Shown one piece after another: positions 53,201-64,000 of a stretch of DNA of 64,000 nt. The notes under the pieces were generated by a model. That model was given only the letters and a program-made list of their open reading frames with translations, did not search any database and was not told the DNA's origin. The stretch covers positions 7,688,001 to 7,752,000 of the forward strand of contig OZ004612.1 of NCBI GenBank assembly GCA_963924565.1. Reading direction: 5' to 3'. The position numbers and the translations under genes were made by a program. How positions within the stretch are numbered: the first letter of the stretch is position 1; each line of letters opens with the position of its first letter. This stretch comes from Ascidiella aspersa. Its lineage: Eukaryota.

Positions 53201-54216
53201 TTGGCTTGGGTGCGAAGTCGGCAGAATTTTCGGGAAACTATTGCCTGGAAGACTTGGTCTGGCGAGCGAGTTCTTCTTGCAGTGCACTGGGAGTGAGCAT
53301 AGTTTTGTCAAGTGAGGCATCCGTCTTTACACTTATCCTTCTAACGTCTTATCGCCTCTACGGAGTCATGTTGCCCTTCAAAAGTCGTCAGTTGAGAGTT
53401 AGGGTGGCTGTTGGGTATCTTGCAGCTATTTGGGCAGTTGCTTTGTTCATTGCTCTCATGCCCTTGAGCGATATTTTATCAACGTATATGGTGACAGACA
53501 TGCTGATTGCCAAAAGCCCTTACTTTAAAGAAGGAACGGTGGAACTTTACGAACTGGAGCAATTTGCATTGCGCTTAAACGCACTTCAGCCAGGAAATGC
53601 GACTGCTAATTTACCGCTGGACTGGGGCGGATTGGTTCAGTTCCTGTCGAAAAACTTTCCTAATCAAACCACTGAGGCTTTAGGCTTTCACGGTTATTAC
53701 AGCGCTAATGGGGTCTGTATACCGAAGATTTATCGCTTGTCAGGTGACGTGTCAGGTTTCAACATTTACTCCGCTGTGACAATCACATTTAGCTTCGTTT
53801 CTTTGCTATATATTTTAGTAGCTTATGTCATTATATACCGAAGATCTGCACAGAAACCAAACATTCGTTCAGCTTCGGCTTCTGCAGCTAGAAATGCTGG
53901 AATGCAACGCAAGATCACTTTCCTTATTGCAACCGATATGTGCTGTTGGATGCCCATCTGCATTATGACTTTCCTAAGTATGGGCGGAGTGGTCATGCCC
54001 TCCTTCGCTTACGCTTTTTCCGCCGTTATCCTGTTGCCAATTAACAGCGCTTTAAATCCAATAATTTACTCCGATACCTTACCGACCGCTTTAGGTTTTT
54101 GTCGAACGCATCTTTTAAAGTTCCGCACCAAGACTAAACCCGTTGTTTCTGAGCAGCGATCTCAATCGACAAAAGAAGGCAACTTGCCTTCCCCTAACGC
54201 GACTTCAGGACTTTAG
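47218..54216 (+). CDS. Gene A4: multi-LDLa-repeat GPCR, 1129 aa; join(47218..47284,47442..47591,48653..48775,48962..50264,50655..50757,51109..51301,51638..51783,52912..54216)
   Basis: Same exon lengths and phases as A1, GT-AG sites intact. ORFs 49003..50268 and 53002..54216 correspond to exons 4 and 8. Confidence 0.9.
52321..52512. mobile_element. Intron-7 MITE in A4 (internal left arm deleted)
   Basis: tagc|tgtaacgc...gtgtgaca|tagc with (taaccc)n. Confidence 0.6.
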
Positions 54217-54775
54217 TTTTTTATAAACGCTGTGCAGTGTAGAAGTTTGTTGAACTTTTAAACTTTTGCTACACGAGAAGGTTGTGACGCAGTAGCATCT
54301 TTTGTTTAATGCAAGTTTCAAATGTGGTATTTATTATTTAAGTAAAAAAAAAATTTTTTTTTATCTTATTCGTAGACTGCAGACTCATAGAGTTGTCTTG
54401 TGACTATTTACTTTCGTTTTTCTGTTGTTCTAAATATAAGTTATGACTCTGATGAGATTATGAGGGTAGGCTATATATCTAAACATTACGAAACAGACAA
54501 CTGACTGAACGATCGTATTATTGTTTGTAAACAGCACGGTTATGTATTTGGTTGTAAGGCGTTTTTCGTAGTAAAATAATAAATTGTATACATGACGCTT
54601 TTTAATGTTTAACTTATACAATGCCATAGAGCGAGAATAACAGAACGACATATATTAAACCTTTCGGTGAAAAACGAATGACAGACAAACAGATTTGCCT
54701 GAAAAGTTTTCAAATGCAACATTTTGCCTGTAGAGTTTCCGATTTACATCAACCAATTAACCAAAGTGATAAAAA

Positions 54776-55161
54776 GGGGAAGGTGGGGCAAAACTGATTT
54801 TACGAAATAATATGCTAATAAAAACAACTCAACAAGGCATACCTTCTGAATGAGTTAGCTTTTTTGCCGATTTTTTGCATGGGGGAAAACTGAGAGATTT
54901 TTGCACTGGGAAAAACGTGAGGGGTGCCTTTTGCCCTGTTCCGGGTTCCATTTTGCCCCACCCCTGTGCATCGAATGAAACCCTAATTTTTTTTAAATCT
55001 TCACACTTTTAAGGTCAAACTGTGTTGGACTAATATACAGGCTCTTACCCACAAACTATTCAGCAAAAAAGTCAGTTCGCTTTAGCTGAACTTTAGTAAC
55101 AAACATATAGTTTTACTGTATCATCATTATATGAACACCACCGTTTGGCACCGCTTTCGCC
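54776..55161. mobile_element. Degenerate MITE downstream of A4
   Basis: Imperfect TIRs ggggaaggtggggcaaaactg / ccgtttggcaccgctttcgcc; interrupts sequence that is contiguous downstream of A1 (near 14950). Confidence 0.55.
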
Positions 55162-55392
55162 ATATGGCTCATAGCAACTTGGCAAAAGAAGTTAAATTAA
55201 GCGAGCATCAGGTTTTAGTGCAACTCGGTCAGAATTTGTTATTGTTTTTTTGTAGGTTTCGAAAAATAAGTCCCCCCCCTTTTTTTTTAATTTGGGTAAC
55301 TCGATAGTAACATTATTAACGCGTGCCATTTTTCAAACTGGGCACGAGGTTATTTCTCATATTTTTTTGAAGGCGGCATACATACACTAGAT

Positions 55393-55725
55393 CAGTGGTT
55401 CCCAAACTGTGGGCTATGGCCCAGTACTAGGCCACAAATAAGGCATTTTCGATGGGCCACGGAGCCATATTCTATGCATGGTTATACTGTAGATATTATG
55501 CGCTTTGTTTTGAAAAACAATAATTATTTATTAAGAAAGGTCATTGTCTCCTAATAATGGGTTTTAGCTGCTGTGTGGAAGATAGCAATAGTTCAAAGTG
55601 GGTGAGTAGCAATGTTGCCAACCTGCGTTTTTTAAGCGATTTTGGGCTTGTTTTTTTTTCTGAGTTTGCGGTTCCGAGTTGGATAGACATTTGGGTCACA
55701 GACAAAAAAAGTTTGGGAACCCCTG
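55393..55725. mobile_element. hAT (Charlie-like) MITE
   Basis: TIR cagtggttcccaaact / agtttgggaacccctg; perfect 8-bp TSD cactagat. Confidence 0.88.
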
Positions 55726-55982
55726 CACTAGATATATAACAATGGATGTTTCTATAATTTGGTATGTACCTGAATGCATTTTATTGGGCTTCATGTGATA
55801 TTTTGCGTCTTTTAAATATGAACAAAACATGGAAAGTTTAACGGCACTTATTAAAATGACACAAAAAATATGACTGAAGATTAAGTTTATCGCGTTTTCC
55901 TAAAATATTTTTATTACACCTATTGTGATAAACGAAAGTCCAATTTAAGTTTAAAATAGGACGAATATCTAATGGTATTACT

Positions 55983-56350
55983 ACCGTCTAAATCGGAATA
56001 AGTCCTAAATCCGTCGGAATTAGACCTAAAAGGTCAGAATCAGGCGTAAACAACACTATAAGTAACCCCAAACCCCACCCCTAATTACCCTACATCACTA
56101 ACTCCCCTAATAATTTCAACACTAACCTATTTTCTAAGCCCACCCATTACCAACCAATAATCCCAAACAGGACCAAAAATCCAGTGCCAATACAGCGGTC
56201 AGACTAGTCCAAACGTAGTCACCAAAACGGCAGATGCCAGCCGGTTGGCCTCCGGTCGTCCAATACCCTCTACCCACATGTTTCGGGCGTTATTTTGGCC
56301 ATTCAGGCCTTCTTCCGATGAACTTAGGTCTTATTCAGACGATTTTGATC
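55983..56350. mobile_element. Possible old fold-back/MITE remnant
   Basis: Degenerate inverted arms (gaataagtcctaaatccgtcggaa vs ttccgatgaacttaggtcttattc) around a C-rich aaccc/ccctaa tract; ends and TSD not resolved. Confidence 0.4.
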
Positions 56351-58206
56351 TCATGCTGTACTGAATATTACTGTGTATTTTGCTGTATTAGGTCGTTGGT
56401 CTTAATACTATGGTTTTATAGATTTTTCTGCTTTAGGTATTGTTGCTTTTTTGGTCTTACTGTGTGTTGCCGGTAAATGATCAATTGTTTACCAACCAAT
56501 TTTAGTTAAAAATTATGATTGTTTTAAGTCATTTGCCTACATGCTTGAAGTCCAAGCCACTTAAGTTTTTTACCCAAAATACTTACGCCAAGTCACTTGG
56601 AAACAGTGATTTGACTTCACTTAAGTCATTTCAACACTGAAAATCGGTCGTAATCAAGTTGAATGACGCTATTTGGTCGTTGTTAAGCAAAACACACAAG
56701 TACAGAATGTACGTCGTTTTATGTTTTCAAACATATGACATTTCCTAAACTATTATCGTTTGGTTTAATATCACTTTTGATATCTCAAGTTATTGTCTTC
56801 CTTCTGAAACAGAAAACAACGCTTGCAAACATTTAACAAGTTTCGCTAGAAACGTGTTCTTCGTCGTTTATTTAAAATATTCTGTCGAGTCGTTTGCTGT
56901 GAGGCATTTCAGGCTTTTCTTGCTTTCTTTAATTAATTTAAATAAGACGCTATCTTTGTTGTTTTAATCTCAACCTTAACAAAAGCATGAATTTTACTTA
57001 ATTTCAGCTTCACTTTTGAGCACCATCGAGAACACTATACATGCTCCTTACAACGGTTATTATATCAACTTTCAGTATCTAGCACGCGGTGTTTTTTGTT
57101 TGTTACGACGCTTAGCATATTGAGTTGTGTAGGCCTGGTTTAGGCCAACTTATAGGCTATATAATGTATTTAATTTGCCATAGTACAGTTAATAGATGTC
57201 TTTCGTTTATTCTTGCTATGGTTATGTATTTGCTTGGTTTGAAATAAGTAATATTATATTTTATATTATTCTAATAAATGCATCCGTCTATATGCTTATA
57301 ACACAAATAAAAATACGGTAGTGTTAAATACAAAGAATATTACGACCCTTTCTTCTAAAAGACGTTTGGTAGTATGTTCGATCATAATGTCAAACCTTAT
57401 ATTAACAAATCACAGGGAACAGACAAAAAATCAACCACAGGGAACAGACAACGCATTTACGGCCCACGACGTAATAACAATTTTTGGTTTCCAACTTCCA
57501 TTTGAAATAAATTTGGACTTGCTTGTGTAATGTTCGCTTACACATAATGATTTAATGAAAGGCGAATAGTTTAGTTATGCATATAAAACTTGCAGTGACT
57601 GTAAGTTTATAATAATTTAGTGATTGGCCACTATTTAACTATTTAAAGTGCTATTTAAGTATTATTTTTTCAAACCTCTGTTCGTTAGTAATATGTTTTT
57701 GTGCGTTTTAAAAAAAATCTATTTACCCAAAAAGCGCTGTGCATAATATGTCATGTCGCATCGCGTGACTCATCAATTCTACAAAACGCAATTCCTGTTG
57801 AATTAGACCGCGAATGCCAGCAATATGCAAATATCTTTTATGTGCCAAATACGCCACGTATCCCTTTAAATTAAAAGTTTTCCCAATTTAAAACAAAACG
57901 CCAAAATTTTCGCGGTTCGCCCGATTAAACTAGATTTTAGCTTCATATAGTGGCGTACGAGTTTGCTGGACAACACTCTACGCACGTTACATAGGTTATC
58001 ACAACTTCAGAACAAAGTTTTTTTTAACTACAACAATATAATAATGCCTAATACCTAAATAGGAAATAGTTGCATTCAGTTAAATAATAAACATTGGCGT
58101 CTAACGTGACATAAAACAAAACCCGCAATTGCATCACATGTCAGAGGAAATCAAAGTTATAACAAATGTAACGAAAAAGTAATTCAGCACAGCTTGCAAC
58201 AATAAT

Positions 58207-61200
58207 CTAAACTCCCGAGGTCGCGTTAGGGGAAGGCAAGTTGCCTTCTTTTGTCGATTGAGATCGCTCATCAGAAACAACGGGTTGAGTGTTCATACGT
58301 AACTTGGATAATTGTGCTCGAAAAAAACCTAAAGCGATTGGTAAGGTATCGGAGTAAATTATTGGATTCAAAGCGCTGTTAATTGGCAACAGGATAACGG
58401 CGGAAAAGGCGTAAGCGAAGGAGGGCATGACCACTCCGCCCATACTTAGAAAAGTCATAATGCAGATGGGCATCCAACAGCACATATCGGTTGCAATAAG
58501 GAAAGTGATCTTGCGTTGCATTCCAGCATTTCTAGCTGCAGAAGCCGAAGCTGAACCAATGTCTGGTTTCTGTGCAGATCTTCGGTAAATAATGACATAA
58601 GCTACTAAAATATACAGCAAAGAAACGAAGCTAAACGTGATTGTCACAGCTGAGAAAATGTTGAAACCTGACTCGTCGCCCGACAAGCGATAAATCTTAG
58701 GTATACAGACGCCATTAGCGCTGTAATAACCGTGAAAGCCTAGAACCTCAGTGGTTTGATTAGGAAAGTTTTCCGATAGGAACCGAACTAATCCGCCCCA
58801 GTCCAGCGGTAAATTAGAAGTCGCATTTCCAGGCTGAAGTGCGTTTAAGCGCAAAGCAAATTGCTTCAGTTCGTCAAGTTTCACCGTTCCTTGTTTAAAG
58901 TAAGGACTTTTGGCAATCAGCATGTCTGTCACCATATACGTTGATAAAATATCGCTCAAAGGCATGAGAGCAATGAACAAAGCAACTGCCCAAATAGCTG
59001 CAAGACACCCAACAGCCACCCTAACTCTCAACTGACGACTTTTGAAGGGCCACAGGACTCCGTAGAGGCGATAAGACGTGAGAAGGATAAGTGTGAAGAC
59101 GGAGGCCTCGCTTGACAAAACTATGCTCACTCCCAGCGCACTGCAAGAAGAACTCGCTCGCCAGACCAAGTCTTCCAAGCAATAGTTTCCCGAAAACTCA
59201 GCCGACTTGGCGCCCAAGCCGAAAAGACAACAGCCCATTATAAAATCGGCAAAGGCGAGGTTAAGCACTAAGATGTTGTTGATAACCGAAATAGACGATG
59301 CCTCCCGTTTTCGAGATTGGCGAATGAACCTGACCGTCTTGAAGATCACTGCGCCATTTCCGAAGAAGGACAAAATGGCCATAAGCCAAACGAAGCCGCG
59401 GAGGACGGGCGACTTGATCATCTCGGTCTTGGAGGAAACGGCGCTCGTATCGGCAAAGTCCTCCGGACATTCGTCGGATGAGTCCGTGCAATCAATCTTC
59501 CCATCAAGGACCTAAGTAATACAATTAAGACAGCATTACCACATACAATAAGAGAGTTTTTCCTTGATGAGTGTGTAATAACGATCTTTTTCAGCCTAAA
59601 TTTTCGCCTGCTTAACTAACTACTTTCGGCTGGTAAACGGTTACACATATGTGTTGGCTATTGTGATTTATCGCTTTTGAAGTTGCGCGAACCCATATGA
59701 ACGTTACATATGAACGTTTTCTGTGTTTTGTGAATAGATTGCTTTGAGCAAGGAATCTATTCAAAGTACGGGCCTACAATTTTAAATTACCTTTTAAACA
59801 TTCACAATAATCAGCCGTTTATTTTCCAAGAGTTTTACGGTTTAATATGCCATATATTCCGGTTTACTTATAAATCGACAGGTTAAAAATTTTTCACTTG
59901 TTCTCAAAACACTCAACCGTCAACCTTTTGTCTTTTAGTTCTAGGACATAACCTATACCTTGTCACGATCAACAAACAAAGGATCGCCGCTTTTGCAATA
60001 GAAATGGGTGGATTTGTTGCAGTTCATTTCGTCCGTTTTGTCCTTGCAATCAAACTTTCCGTCGCAACGTTCCAACCAAGGAATACTAATCTTTGGTCTT
60101 TTTCCTAAAAATGAGCAAATACTTTTTTTTTAAACTCTAGATAAATGGGATGTCATGGCTTGTTTCAGTTTTCCTTTGTGTCCATGGCAAAACTTATCAG
60201 AACAAAATCAAATGTTGTGTGGCTTTCTATTATTAAGATGGTCTAATTTTTCTAAGTTTGCCTATTACTATCAATAAACAAGGATCGGTGCGTTACAACA
60301 AAAGTCACTCTTTGTACGACATAACGATTTAGACATATCAAATACGTTTTGAAACCAAACAAAAAAACACAGTCCTTGTAACGCTTACAGAACATAAGTT
60401 CGGTGCCCAATTTCTTAAATGGCAGACAATTGCGACAAAATGTCTTGGACAGGGTAAGGTTTTCATAACATTTACCTGAAGTCCACGGAACCTTTCCGGC
60501 GTCGCAGTAAAAGCGATCGCATTCGATCTCATCCTCGCTTTTGCTGCATTCCTGCACCCCGTTGCAAATCGACGGACCCACCAGGTACTCCAGTAAACCC
60601 CGGCACTTTCGGTTTATTTCCAAGCCCGTAGCGTTGTATAACTTGGCCCACACAGGAGGCATTACTATCTAAGGGAAATAACTGTATTCTTATAAGGGCG
60701 ATGTCGGTTGGCTGCCTGTGAATGGAATTGCAGTGTGTTCGTTTGATATGACAAGACTTTACTTCGATTTCCTGCATCCTTGCTGGGACTGAGTAACCCA
60801 GTCACAAACTGACCACCTACTCCTAATCGGTTTTGCGCTACATCTTCTAACCGCCTGAGCGGTAGAAAGCGCTCACAAGAAGTGTTGTGCTGTGCTATTA
60901 TTCTGGATTTGCGAATGCAAAAAATCTCTAAGTCTAACGACATCCGCAGGTTGAAATATCTAGGCAAATTGCCCAGTTTTCATGAAGTCCGACAGTTGGG
61001 TATAGTCAATGCCCCCTTGTAGAAACATACAGTATTAAGAAATGGAAGAATCCGCTACGCTACGTAAATCTTTGGGTGACATTTAATGTCAGCTAGTGTA
61101 AACATTAAGTTTTCTCTAATTCTGGGCAATTTATGTATTATAGTAAGTTAATTTTGTTATTGTTTCAATCCCATTAAAGGCTTATTAGATATCAACCTAT

Positions 61201-64000
61201 ATATTTTTTTATATTGGTTTTAGAGGCATTTAAAAAATTCTAATAATAATAACCCGTTAGAAAACAAACCTTACTTTTTTCAGTGGAATGCTGTCGCAAA
61301 TGCTGAGCCTTGTGTTACAGTTTGCCCGCGGAGAGCATTCATCTTCAAAATACAGACATTCCACTTTTCCGTCGCATCTATAGATAAAAAATATTTTAAT
61401 AGTAAAAATGACAGTTAAAGAAACCTAAAATATATGTCAGGATTGGTGCGACTTAAACTGGTATCCCGGTATTAAGAATTTGTTTGTTAGAATTAGAATT
61501 ACCCGACAGCGTTGTCGACAAACGCTCCTTTAGTGAATGCTGCCAATTTGAGGATGTCAGCCAAGGTATGGTGAAGAGGAGTAATCGGGTCACAAACGAA
61601 GTTCTTCGGACTTTTTGCAGTGACAAGTTTTTGATTTTCAGCGCAATACAACTCGTCTGATTTGGATGTCGGGCAATCTACCACGCCATCGCAAAATTTA
61701 TTTATTTCCCAGCAGTTTGAATCGCACTTGAGATGCCCAACGCTGCAGTTGCGACACGCAGCACCCTGTAGGTCCGTATTGTAACACACGTTCGAGCAGA
61801 CCTCAGTAAGGACAGTAGTATTAAAACCATTCGAGCAGAGGCACTCGTCAGAGAGGTCTGGACAATCAATTATCCCATCACATAACTGCCTCTTGGCTAT
61901 GATGGTCTTACCGTCCAAGCACAGAGAGCACAGAAACTCGCCTCTGTCATCGAAGCAAATATCGGATCCGTCGTCGCACCAAGGCAACTGGTCGTGTAAG
62001 GCCCATTGAGGCACCGAGCAGTATTTCTTGCCGGTAGGCGAGTTTAAAACTACTTTTTGGCACTTGAAGCCTGGCATCCAAGTGATGTCATCGGCGCCAT
62101 TCGGGCAGTCGGTTAACGCGTCACAGGAATACTGCCAAGACAGGCAAGTGCTTGGTTGGTTCGGGCAGCGAAACATCTTCGAACCTTGCTCTTTGCAACT
62201 CTCAATCTCGTCGCTACAATCTCCACATTGGTCGATTCCGTCGCATAAATATTCAAGAGGAATACATCGACGCGACGAGGCGCATAAGTACTGGTTTGCC
62301 GAACAGTTTGTTGGTTGCATATTCACCTTTTCATCGCTTCCGTCTGGACAGTCGCTTACTTTGTTCCCAATCCAGGTATCTGGAATGCATCTTCCGCTAT
62401 CGAGGCAATGAAACTCGTCTCTGTTGCATGCAATTTGCTCAAGCTCGTCGGAAGAGTCGCCACAATCCGGGTATCCGTCTCTTACCCTATACCGCAGCAC
62501 GCATCTGCCGCTATCTTTGCAGCGAAACTCGGTTACATTATTACAGGAGCTCAACGGCTCCACTTCGTCACTTCCCGTTCCTGGACAATCGGTGATGTTA
62601 TCGCGAACCCACGCCCGCGGGATGCAACGCGCCTTGTTTAAGCTACTTCCGGCTGGAAGATGACAGCGCACCTCTGAGCTTGTGCAAGATTCGAACCCGC
62701 GCTCCTCGTCACTCGGATCGTTGTGGGACAAAGTGTCGCAATCCCTCTCTCCGTCCATCACCATCCACCTCGGGATGCAGCGGCGAGTCTTGCGGCAAGT
62801 GAATTCTGTGGCGAAAAGTTCCAAATCCAAGAACTGATGAAGACTATTTCAAATAATTTATACAACCTATAAATTAAATTATTGACTTTCATTAATTGCT
62901 ACACTGGCAGTAAGGTAAAAAGTCAGCCGGACAAATCCATTCGTTCTTTACAGTTCAGTAGTTTAACAATAACTGTATTGACCCTTTCATTTATTGGAGA
63001 CTTTCCCTCATTTTATACCTACTATCGATGCGGCTTAACGAATCCTAACTGCAACTATTGAAAAGAGTAAAATTCCAAAGTTGCTTTAGTGAAAACAAAC
63101 CTTTGTTCGTCGTTCTTATGAACAACTCAACTGTATTTTATAGTTTTTTACACGATTGCCGTAGTAGTTAAATGAGAAAAGAAATACGAGACGTAACAAA
63201 TGCGACGTAGCCTACCTACCTTGATTTTCTCTGCACCCAAGTATGACGTAACGTTTATGAACACATCCGTCAACCGCAAACTGCCTAGGAAGGCAACGGA
63301 GGGTCGATCGGCATGGAAATTCGTCGTCTGCGCAATTTAGTTCTGGAAGAACAAATCGCCATAGATTGTTATTGCTGACGATGCTCCTCTCAATGGTGAC
63401 AATCAGGGCTGCCGGAGTCGGACTCTGGACTCGTGGAGTCGGTTTGTTTTGCTGGAAACGGACTCGGGATTAGGGACTCGAGTAAGACTATGTTAATCTA
63501 CCCTAGACCCGAGTCCAACGTGGGCATGCGCATTACCCAAGTTTCTAAACTGATAAGGCCGCGAAATTGTTAAAGTGTAATAGCAAATGGTGGCATATTT
63601 TCCAAAACCATGTATTGTGGGGGGATGAATTGGACGGCCCTGTGAGTGGGTGCCGAATATCAACCTTATTTTAGTTACGTAAATGTGTGAAACACAGGCT
63701 CTAGAGACGGAGCGATACTCGTTTTAGTTTTAACCGACTCTGCAGTCCTGGTGACATTTAACGACATATATATTTTTTTTTTTCTTTTCAAAGTCGCCCC
63801 ATTTGCCTGTACAGTGGTCGAATAAATCGAATTGAAAAAACATCAAGTCCTGTAATTCGGTCAATTAAACGTTTTTTCTATAACTACGTGGATTACTTAA
63901 GCGTTGGTCGGACCCATCTGCGCAGTCTTCTTTTGTGTCCCGTACTGTCTGCCTTTCCACGCATTGTGAGTTGTCGCAGAGGAAGAATCCGTCCTCTGCT
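58207..64000 (-). CDS. Gene B: multi-LDLa-repeat GPCR paralogue, 5'-partial in window; complement(join(58207..59511,59959..60104,60476..60668,61275..61377,61503..62805,63220..63342,63897..>64000))
   Basis: Exons 3-8 have the same lengths (123,1303,103,193,146,1305) and phases as the A genes, with open frames and GT-AG sites. Exon 2 (AEDGFFLCDNSQCVERQTVRDTKEDCADGSDQR) runs off the window end. Introns do not visibly resemble A introns. Confidence 0.88.
63404..63750. mobile_element. hAT-type MITE in gene B intron 2
   Basis: TIR cagggctgccggagtcgg / ccgactctgcagtcctg; 8-bp TSD gtgacaat/gtgacatt; internal ggagtc/gactc subterminal motifs. Confidence 0.8.

Noticed and set aside
62806-62830. ORF-track start (MDLELFAT) of the 443-aa ORF
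   Set aside because: Lies upstream of the cag acceptor, so it is intronic; exon 4 starts at 62805.
1-64000. Prokaryotic features (CRISPR, operons), tRNA/rRNA genes, autonomous transposase or RT ORFs
   Set aside because: None recognised; the window is spliced eukaryotic DNA with only non-autonomous elements.

Overview
Eukaryotic, AT-rich genomic DNA with GT-AG introns, probably from an invertebrate chordate such as an ascidian (inferred from the gene family, not proven). The window is a tandem array of one receptor family: class A (rhodopsin-like) GPCRs with an LGR/RXFP-type 7TM domain, preceded by a signal peptide and about 14-15 LDL-receptor class A (LDLa)-like modules, with no leucine-rich repeats. 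I reconstructed four complete 8-exon + strand genes (A1-A4; each 3390 nt, 1129 aa, all splice phases compatible), one intact-looking - strand paralogue (B, 5' end beyond the window), and three - strand pseudogenes derived from B (P1-P3). The array is built from ~16 kb duplications of a convergent A/B pair, joined at a 4-bp microhomology inside B exon 4. The two long exons look homogenised between A and B, while short exons and introns have diverged. Non-coding DNA holds several hAT-type and other MITEs, a retroposon 3' tail, and a 98-bp Penelope-like insert carrying a minimal hammerhead ribozyme motif (two copies). All coordinates and counts were read by eye.
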